This document shows positions 56,507 to 64,000 of a DNA stretch of 64,000 nt, one piece after another. The notes beneath the pieces were generated by a model. It was not told the origin of the DNA. It saw only the letters and a list, made by a program, of their open reading frames with translations, and searched no databases. How positions within the stretch are numbered: position 1 is the first letter of the stretch; each line of letters opens with the position of its first letter. The DNA is from Spirochaetia bacterium (GTDB taxonomy: Bacteria > Spirochaetota > Spirochaetia > SZUA-6 > Bin103). The stretch spans positions 3,712,001-3,776,000 of the forward strand of contig CBDBDQ010000005.1 of the NCBI GenBank assembly GCA_965203905.1. Reading direction: 5' to 3'. A program made the translations under genes and the position numbers.

Positions 56507-57394
56507 CTACGAGACGTAGCGCCTCATATAGTCGCAAATGACGTCGAGCTTATCCCGTGCGCGGACTAGCGATAGAGGATATAGATACTTCCTGCGAATT
56601 GGTACGTCTAGACGTCCCAGTGATTCGCGTGGATTTCCCCACTGTATAGCATCGGATTGATCGCAGAACACAAACGGAAGGTATGTGCGTTCTTGGCGCC
56701 AGAATGCTCCGGCTAAGCGGGATCTGAACTCACCATTGAGAGATTCGGAAAGATGACCTACTGCAGCACGTATATCAGTATCGCGTTGATTCTCGTCGCA
56801 CTCATGAAACACTCTTGATGCATCGCCTATTGCACGGAGAGGGTCGTGTAGATATGCTTTGCATTCGCCTGTGGTCACACCGAGAAGCAAATCGGCAGGA
56901 TTCTGGTAGATGGCGACAAGATCGAGGCCGTGTTCGTGTACGTCGTGCTTGATGGTACTCTTTGCGAGTATCTGACCGGGAGGATGAAATCCATTCTGGG
57001 AACGTGCGAGGTGGATGAACATGTGGCTGATTGCTTCCCACATCCAGGGATTGCGTTGTGTTGTGATGTACTGCGTGCCTGAATCCGGTGTGCCTATTAC
57101 GGACCGTACATCCCGCTCAAGATCAGCGGTGAGGCTGTGTTCGTCGAATAGTGCTGCGCGAATACGTAAATTGCACTCTATACAGGATGCAATCGCGGCA
57201 ACTAGGTAGACCGCGGTAGCTTCCAATGTCGAGTCGTCACCAAAACCCGTTATCGCTATTACGGAATGTGTGCTGCAGGGAGATGTGCTGACTGATAACC
57301 TTTCGCTGAGCGAAATCAGCGCAGTGGTCGTGTCATTGTGTATAGCGTGCGGGCCAGCGTACTCGAGACGCTCTACTGCAGCGGAAACGGACAT
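56507..57394 (-). CDS. PD-(D/E)XK nuclease-like protein (HamA/DUF1837-like)
   Basis: WMWEAISH, HGLDLVAI, GECKAY motifs; immediately upstream of the helicase; low GC; start ATG 57394 or TTG 57433. Confidence 0.65.
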   Translation of the reverse strand: MSVSAAVERLEYAGPHAIHNDTTTALISLSERLSVSTSPCSTHSVIAITGFGDDSTLEATAVYLVAAIASCIECNLRIRAALFDEHSLTADLERDVRSVIGTPDSGTQYITTQRNPWMWEAISHMFIHLARSQNGFHPPGQILAKSTIKHDVHEHGLDLVAIYQNPADLLLGVTTGECKAYLHDPLRAIGDASRVFHECDENQRDTDIRAAVGHLSESLNGEFRSRLAGAFWRQERTYLPFVFCDQSDAIQWGNPRESLGRLDVPIRRKYLYPLSLVRARDKLDVICDYMRRYVS

Positions 57395-58386
57395 CGGGTC
57401 GCTTGTGGTGATGGGGATCAATCGGGGCCTCAAATGTAGGTATATACTGTACGCTCAGAGGGGTTGGCTGTCAAGGAAAATGTGCTTAGACGCCATCGGG
57501 AGGTGTGGGTACTCGAGGCTTCAGCTCGCGGAGAGATAGGCGGCTTGGAAGAGGAGGAACGCAGAACAACCGACGGCGCGATGATGTTCCGGGGTACTCT
57601 CAAGAGTGGGTAGGAGCGGCCATGTTGGAGGAGTAGGTCAAGGGTGCCCGAAGTCCTGCAAGGTGCCAAGCATCACACGCCGCGGGCGGACGTGTAGGGC
57701 ATTGTAATGCAACCGGGTGGCTGCCCATGAGGATACTGGAGCTCACGGTTGGCAGGCCGTTAGTATCGGGATCTGCCCAGCAAAGAGTCCGGCCGTGATG
57801 TAGTTGGGGCTGAACAGTCCGAACTCTGGTCGTCAGATGCATGGCTGTGACTGGCCCGACGCTCGTTCAACCAGCTGATGTTCGGGGCGAGCGGAGCGGT
57901 GGACAGATCGAGTATCGGCCGAGCTGCCCACAGTATCAAGTACACCACCATGGGCTCGCGTGTGACCGGGCGCGTCGCCCAGCTACCTGCGGGTCGACAG
58001 CGAGGCCCGCGAACCACGGTTCTGGAGGCTCCAGAGTGCTTCGGCCGCGTATCACGCGAAGTAGTATGTAGCAATTGGACACTAGGTCGGGCGGCGCCGC
58101 GGCCACCACCTTCTGGTGGTTCTTCGACAGCGGTAGGCGCTGGCGCTCCAATGCGATCAAGGGCAAACGCCTCTTCGATAGTCTCGAACCAATCGTTGCG
58201 GGCTTCCCGCTTGGAATCTTCGCTGTCGGTGTGCAACAGGACGATGTTCCCCTCGGGTTCCGGCAGCGGCTCCTCTCCGGCCTTTTAGTAGGCAGCCGAC
58301 GGCGCGGCCAGACGGCCGTCGCACCAAGCAGAATCACTGCTGCGATCCAGTTACGTTTCGTGGGATTCGGTTGTAGGCTGGCGCGG

Positions 58387-60654
58387 ATGGGGCGTCAATC
58401 CACTTGGCCGCACGACGGCCCGCGCGCGACCGGCTCGGTGAGCCATACTCTGCCCGCGGACGTCGAGGCCGGGAGCTGGCAGGAGTTCGTGCTCACTTAT
58501 ACTGCGGGCTACTTCGGCGTCGACGATACCGGGAGCATCAAGGTCTGCTGGCGCTACGCGGCCGACCTCGGCACGCCGCAGTTCGAGGACCCGGCGGCGG
58601 CGCACTACGTGAGCGCGCGGGCATCGAACGGTGCGGCGCTGGCACTGCGCTACGACCCAAAAGACAACGTACGGCCCTGGGGCCGAACGCTGCAGGTCAA
58701 GGTACTGAACGGCTTTTTGAGGGAGGGCGACCGTATCGAGGTGCGCTTCGGCGACCGTTCGGGCGACGGCCCCGGCATCCGCATGCAGACGTTCTGCGAG
58801 TCGACCTTCGAGCTGAGAGTTCTGGTCGACCCGATAGCCACCTATCGCTTCCAGCAGGTGGAGGGGGTGCGCACGGTCGCGATCGTGCCGGGGCCGCCAG
58901 CGCGTTGGTGCGCGCTGCTGCCGACGGCGGGCATGCCGGGAAGGTCGTTCCGTCTGCTGGCGAAGGCGGAGGATCGCCGGGGCAACCCCACGGCCGAGGA
59001 GCCGGCCCGTTTCCGCCTGCGACCGAGCCGTCCGGTGTGCGGGCTGCCCGACACGGTCCAAGTCGGCGGCGGGCAGCGCGCCGTCTGCCTCGACGGGCTG
59101 ACGGTCGACGCGCCGGGCGACCTGGCGATCGCCTTCAAGCCGGAGCGCGCGGGGGCCGGCGTTCCATTCCGCTCCAACACCATGGTGGTCAAGCCCAGCC
59201 TCCAGCGGCACCGCTACTGGGGCGACCTGCACGGACAATCCGAGGAGACCATCGGCTCCGGCTCGGCGGAGGAGTACTTCAGCTTCGCCCGCGAACTGGC
59301 CGGATTGGACTTCGCCGGCCACCAGGGCAACGACTTTCAGATCACGGGTGCGTTCTGGGAGCACCTGCAGCGGCTCACCCGGGAGGCGAATGAACCGGGA
59401 CGGTTCGTGGTGTTTCCGGGTTACGAGTGGTCCGGCAACACCGCGCTGGGCGGCGACCGCAACGTGCTGTTCCTGAGCGAGGGGCAGCAGATCCACCGCA
59501 GCAGCCATGCCCTGGTCGACGATCCCGACCGCGACACCGACCGCACCCACGTCACCGACCTGTTCGCGACGCTGCGCGGCCGGCCGGCACTGCTCATTCC
59601 GCACGTCGGCGGTCGCTATTCGGACGTGCGCTTTCACGACCGGATGCAGCGTTCGGTCGAGGTGCACTCCGCCTGGGGCACCTTCGAGTGGCTGCTCGGC
59701 GACGCGCTGGCGCGCGGTCAGCGGGTGGGCATCGTGTGCAACAGCGACGGCCACAAGGGCCGGCCGGGCGCCAGCTACCCCGGCGCCTCCGAGTTCGGCT
59801 CCTACGGCGGGCTGACCTGCATCCTGGCGCCGGAGCTGACCCGAGCCGGGCTCTGGGACGCGCTGGTCCGCCGCCATCACTACGGCACAACCGGCGCGCG
59901 CATCCACCTGGAGGTGCAGGCGGCGGTGGACGGGGTGCGCCTGGACGACGACCCACGCAGCGGCGCGGTGGAGCACACCGCAGTGCGCAACGCGGTCATG
60001 GGAGACATCGTTGCGACCGAGGCCGCGGAGCTGGAGCTGGCGATCTCGGTACGCGGCACGGCGCCGCTGCTCAGTGTCGAAGTCCGCAACGGCATGCGCC
60101 CGGTGCAGACCCTGCGCACCTACGGCACCGGCGATCTGGGACGGCGCCTGCGGCTACGCTGGGCCGGAGCCGCGGTGCGCGGCCGCGGCCGGCAGGTGGC
60201 CTGGGACGGGACGCTGACCATGGGCGGCAACCGCATCGAACACATCGCAGCCTTCAACTTCCTCAACCCGGACCGCCAACCGGAGTTGGCCGCGGCCGGC
60301 TCGGTGACATGGCGCTCGACCACCACCGGCGGCGCGGCCGGCATCGACTGCTGGCTGGCCGACGACGGGGGCCGGGCGCGGGTCAACACGAAGCCGTTGA
60401 CCTGCGAGCAGGATCTGGAGGAGTTGGGACTCGACGAACGGATCGTGCCCGCCGGTGGGCTGGGTATGGAAATGGGCTTCTCCCGGCTCCCCGACGAGCT
60501 GACCGCATGCTCACTCGATGTCACGATCCGCGTCCCGTTGCGGCGCGATGGAGATGACCCGATCTACGTGCGCGTCGTGCAGGAGGATGGCCACATCGCC
60601 TGGTCATCGCCGATCTACGCCGTCCGGCCGGCTCAGGCGAGATTGAGGGATTGA
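58387..60654 (+). CDS. DUF3604-family PHP-like metallohydrolase
   Basis: YWGDLHGQSEET, HQGNDF, PGYEWSG, IPHVGGR, VEVHSAWG, NSDGHKGRPG, YGTTGAR, AWSSPIY. Confidence 0.85.
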   Translation: MGRQSTWPHDGPRATGSVSHTLPADVEAGSWQEFVLTYTAGYFGVDDTGSIKVCWRYAADLGTPQFEDPAAAHYVSARASNGAALALRYDPKDNVRPWGRTLQVKVLNGFLREGDRIEVRFGDRSGDGPGIRMQTFCESTFELRVLVDPIATYRFQQVEGVRTVAIVPGPPARWCALLPTAGMPGRSFRLLAKAEDRRGNPTAEEPARFRLRPSRPVCGLPDTVQVGGGQRAVCLDGLTVDAPGDLAIAFKPERAGAGVPFRSNTMVVKPSLQRHRYWGDLHGQSEETIGSGSAEEYFSFARELAGLDFAGHQGNDFQITGAFWEHLQRLTREANEPGRFVVFPGYEWSGNTALGGDRNVLFLSEGQQIHRSSHALVDDPDRDTDRTHVTDLFATLRGRPALLIPHVGGRYSDVRFHDRMQRSVEVHSAWGTFEWLLGDALARGQRVGIVCNSDGHKGRPGASYPGASEFGSYGGLTCILAPELTRAGLWDALVRRHHYGTTGARIHLEVQAAVDGVRLDDDPRSGAVEHTAVRNAVMGDIVATEAAELELAISVRGTAPLLSVEVRNGMRPVQTLRTYGTGDLGRRLRLRWAGAAVRGRGRQVAWDGTLTMGGNRIEHIAAFNFLNPDRQPELAAAGSVTWRSTTTGGAAGIDCWLADDGGRARVNTKPLTCEQDLEELGLDERIVPAGGLGMEMGFSRLPDELTACSLDVTIRVPLRRDGDDPIYVRVVQEDGHIAWSSPIYAVRPAQARLRD

Positions 60655-60935
60655 AGGTACGTGACGAGCAAATGAACTTCGGTAGACGGATCATCTCGTC
60701 GGGTTTCTGAAGCGTCCGACCGGGCGCGTGCGGCGTTGGTCTTCGCGGTTTCGAGACGATCTTGCAAGTCCGCGAACACTCCTGCCATGCCTTTCGTGTA
60801 GCTCGACAGGTGCTGCAGAAGCTCCCTCACGCAATTCGCAACCTGACTGCTTGAGCTTCCTGAGATGCCGTCAGGAAGTGAGCATGCTCGTCCCGATCGA
60901 ACACGCAATACACCGCGTCGTAGGGTTCGCCGCAG
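60633..60935 (-). pseudogene. RloB-like (TOPRIM) gene remnants
   Basis: YDAVYCVFDRDEH in one frame and ...AKTNAAR...DPSTEVHLLV in another; the N-terminus and the SNPCFE segment are missing. Confidence 0.7.
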
Positions 60936-62144
60936 ATTGCGGGCGTCGCGATCGGCGGACGTAAGGAAGTGCTCCGAAGCGACCGGCCCGATACGCCCGT
61001 TCCAGGTCCTCGTCGCTACGGCGCATCCGGAAGTCGCTAACGGGAAAGACACTCGTTTCCAGGCGCTCGTCACGGCTGCAGAGCCAGATCTGATCACGCC
61101 GTAGCAGGTCTTGGGTCATTATCGACGTGTCGTGGGTCGAGTAGATGAGCTGTGCCCCAAAGGGGCTCGCTGCCGGATCATGGAATTGAGCGACCAGGAA
61201 CCGGACCAGTTCAGGATGCAGATTATCGTGCAGTTCGTCCAGCACGATGACGTTCCCGCGGGTCAACGAGTCAACCCAGGGACCCGCCAACGCGAACATC
61301 TTCCGAGTCCCGTCAGATTCCTCGGAGATGTCTATTTCGGCGGGCTCTCCACCCTCCGGTTGATGCTGCACGAGCACGTCCACAGGGGTGGCGTCGGTCT
61401 GCTTGCTGCCGATTTCCTCGTCCGCGACCGACGGATCTCTCTGCACAATCCGTATGTCAGAAATCGCAAGATCGGATGCGGCGAGAAAGTCCACGACGTC
61501 TGACCGGTCACGCTCATCGCAGTATTTCGTCGTGTACTCCGGGTTCACTTCACGGTACCCGACTACCACTCTGAGACGTTCGCGGAACCAGTTGAAGAGG
61601 GGGAGCAGTTGCGCGCTGTTGAGCGCGACGGCAGTCGATAGAAACAGGGCCTGAGGGCGAGTGGCTCGCCTCCAGACCTGGCGGTCCCCCGTGAGCTTCC
61701 CACCGAGCGTCCACTGGGACGTCCCGGGCGCCACCCCGCGGCTTCTCTCGAACCAAACCTGCATCCGGCCTCGTGGCCAGGAGTAGAGCCACTCATCGAT
61801 CACCTCATGACGAGTGGCGGAGAAGCCGTACTGGTAACGCACGTTGTCCGCAATACAGATCACTTCGAACCATGATGGTTGGTTAAGGCACGCGGGATCG
61901 AATCGGAATGGGGTGACCGGAAGCTCGTCAAGGTTGTCCGAGGAATTCACCACGATATCGTGCATCGCGCTGAGACCTCGCAGCAGATTGGTCTTGCCCG
62001 ACGCGTTGGCCCCGTAAATCGCGGCTGAACGCAGGAGGCGAATCGGTTAGAGTCCTCAAGCCTCTTGTCGGCACTGGCCACGAGGCTGAGGCGCATTTCT
62101 TCCTTGATTGACCGGTAATTGCCGAGGGCGAACTCAACCAGCAC
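60871..62144 (-). pseudogene. RloA-like AAA ATPase (AAA_21), frameshifted near 62040
   Basis: MLVEFALGNYRSIKEE in one frame; SAAIYGANASGKTN, ESDGTRK, LDELHDNLHP, STHD, RRDQIW, YRAGRFGALP in another. Confidence 0.8.
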
Positions 62145-62273
62145 TTGACGACCGTGCGGTGTACATCGATTGAGCAGCGATCAGGGGCCGCCGCGGGGCT
62201 GCAGTCGCCATGAGCGAGATGCTACCGCTCCCGGGGATTGCATTCAACGGCAGGAACCCGGTACACCCAGGCG

Positions 62274-63785
62274 TCAGCGGCGCCAGAAGATGCGGGTGAG
62301 CAGCACCAGCACGCTGTACACCTCCAGCCGGCCGGTGAGCATGGCGAAGCTGAGCCACCACTTCACGGGTTCGGGGTAGAAGGCGTAGTTCTGCGCCGGT
62401 CCGATGGCGCCGAAGCCGGGACCGACGTTGCCCACGGTGGCCAGGCCGGTGGTGAAGGCGGTGGTCAGGTCCGGACTGGAGCCGGCCACCACCAGGGTGG
62501 TAACCAGCACCAGGCCGATGTAGAGGAAGAAAAACACCGCCACCGGATAGAGGATGTCCTTCTTTACCCGCCGGTCTCCGATCCTGAGCGTGAAGATGCC
62601 CTGCGGGTGGACCAGGTAGCGGAACTCGTTCAGGGCCTGCTTGAACAGCGCGGTCAGCCGGATCACCTTGATCCCCCCGGTGGTGGAGCCGGCACAGCCG
62701 CCCACGAACATGATCACCAGCAGCACGGCGCGCGCCAGGGTCGGCCAGGCGTCGTAGTTGGCGGTCGTGAAACCGGTGCCGGTGAGGAGCGAGGCGGCCT
62801 GGAACGCGGCGAAGCGCAGGCCCCGCCCCAGCGAGTCGTAGGTCGCCCCGGTCACCGACACGGTTATCAGCGCCGCCGCCAGCACGTAGATGCAGATGAA
62901 GGTACGCAGCTCCAGGTTGCCGAGCAGCCGGCCGGGGCGGCCGCGGACGATCTGGAAGTAGAGCGAGAAGTTGACCGCCGCCAGCAGCATGAACATGGTT
63001 ACCACCACGTCCACGAACGGCGAGTCGTAGGCGCCGACGCTGGCCGCGCGCGGCGAGAAGCCGCCGGTAGCGATGGTGCTGAAGGTGTGGGTCAGCGCAT
63101 CGAACAGCGGCAGCCCGGCCGCCAGCAGCAGCGATGCCTCCAGCAGCGTCAGCCCGAGGTAGACCAGCCACAGGATCTTGGCGGTGCCGGCGACCCGCGG
63201 CGTGAGCTTCTCCAGGGTGGGGCCGGGCGCCTCCGAGCGCATCAGCTTCAGGCCACCGATCCCCAGCCGCGGCAGGATCGCGACTGTCAGCACTACGATG
63301 CCCATTCCGCCGAGCCACTGGGTGAGAGAGCGCCAGAACAGGACCGCCTGCGGCAGCGACTCGATGTCGGTAAGCAGCGTGGCGCCCGTGGTGGTGAACC
63401 CCGACATGGTCTCGAAGAAGGCGTCGGTGTAGCGCGGGATGCTGCCGCTGAGCACGTAGGGCAGGGCGCCGAAGGCCGTCACCACCAGCCAGCTCAGCAC
63501 CACCACCAGGAACCCGTCGCGGGTCAGCAACTCGGCATCGCGGTAGCGGCGGCAACTCAGAAACCCGCTCAGCGCGCACACCAGCGCCACTGCGATCGCG
63601 ACCGCAAACCCGAACGACGCCTGCTCCTCGTCGTGGATCAGCGCCACGACGAGACCGGAGGTCATGAACAGCCCCGCCAGCAGCAGCAGCGCGGAGACGG
63701 TATAGACGATCGCCCCCGCGCGGTGTGGCCGTTCGCCCACCGTGGCGACCGAGCGCCGGTGCGGCGGCGGCGTGACACCCGTCAC
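62274..63785 (-). CDS. trkH: Trk potassium uptake membrane protein
   Basis: FFETMSGFTTTGAT, TQWLGGMG, IATGGFS, GGCAGSTTGGIK, GNVGPG, MLTGRLE. Confidence 0.95.
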   Translation of the reverse strand: MTGVTPPPHRRSVATVGERPHRAGAIVYTVSALLLLAGLFMTSGLVVALIHDEEQASFGFAVAIAVALVCALSGFLSCRRYRDAELLTRDGFLVVVLSWLVVTAFGALPYVLSGSIPRYTDAFFETMSGFTTTGATLLTDIESLPQAVLFWRSLTQWLGGMGIVVLTVAILPRLGIGGLKLMRSEAPGPTLEKLTPRVAGTAKILWLVYLGLTLLEASLLLAAGLPLFDALTHTFSTIATGGFSPRAASVGAYDSPFVDVVVTMFMLLAAVNFSLYFQIVRGRPGRLLGNLELRTFICIYVLAAALITVSVTGATYDSLGRGLRFAAFQAASLLTGTGFTTANYDAWPTLARAVLLVIMFVGGCAGSTTGGIKVIRLTALFKQALNEFRYLVHPQGIFTLRIGDRRVKKDILYPVAVFFFLYIGLVLVTTLVVAGSSPDLTTAFTTGLATVGNVGPGFGAIGPAQNYAFYPEPVKWWLSFAMLTGRLEVYSVLVLLTRIFWRR

Positions 63786-64000
63786 GCTTGGCTGACCGGC
63801 GCCGCCAGGGGCAGCGTGAGACGTTCGCGTGCGCCGGGCGCGAAGTCGGCGCCGGCGGCAGCTACCGGGTTGCCGGCGGCGTCGAGCACCTGGGCGGCAT
63901 AACGGGCGGTCTGCGGCACCATGTTGCGGGCCTCGATGGTCACGGCGCTGCCCGAGCGCCATCCCCGTACCTGGTCGAGGGTCTCCAGCGCGCCGACCCA
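63782..64000 (-). CDS. 3' end of a hypothetical protein (partial)
   Basis: Open frame WVGALETLDQVRGW...LPLAAPVSQA* with host codon usage; GTGA overlap with trkH. Confidence 0.6.
   Translation of the reverse strand, partial: WVGALETLDQVRGWRSGSAVTIEARNMVPQTARYAAQVLDAAGNPVAAAGADFAPGARERLTLPLAAPVSQA

Noticed and set aside
58075-58386. N-terminal extension of the DUF3604 ORF given in the track
   Set aside because: Atypical composition; coding-like sequence begins at ATG 58387.
63782-64000. Partial gene upstream of trkH as trkA
   Set aside because: The translation shows no RCK/TrkA-C features.
1-64000. tRNA, rRNA, integrase or IS transposase bounding the islands
   Set aside because: None recognised by eye; a tRNAscan/Infernal/ISEScan run would be needed to exclude them.

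Overview
High-GC (roughly 70% by eye) bacterial chromosome window. Catabolism and transport genes dominate the left and centre: a vanadium-haloperoxidase-like fragment, a two-component system, two heterodimeric ABC exporter pairs, a sulfatase, a BNR/sialidase-like protein, PhyH and TauD dioxygenases, SDRs, a carbohydrate ABC system with three mosaic solute-binding paralogs, and an amino-acid ABC system. Toxin-antitoxin (TA) cassettes are scattered throughout. From about 40.5 to 62.1 kb lies a defence island with a type I RM operon (hsdR-hsdS-AlbA/Schlafen-like gene-hsdM), a heavily deleted second copy of that locus carrying a different HsdS fragment, an uncharacterised two-gene cassette with an RxxxxH (HEPN-like) protein, a low-GC Hachiman-like nuclease plus Ski2-type helicase pair, and a decayed RloA/RloB pair. 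Best candidates for something undescribed: the 43160-44252 gene pair, the three-gene low-GC HicA-like cassette at 8248-9466, the mosaic solute-binding-protein array whose copies seem to have gained promoters from permease remnants, and the toxin-biased decay of TA loci. No rRNA, tRNA or CRISPR array was recognised. All family calls come from reading motifs by eye, not from database searches.
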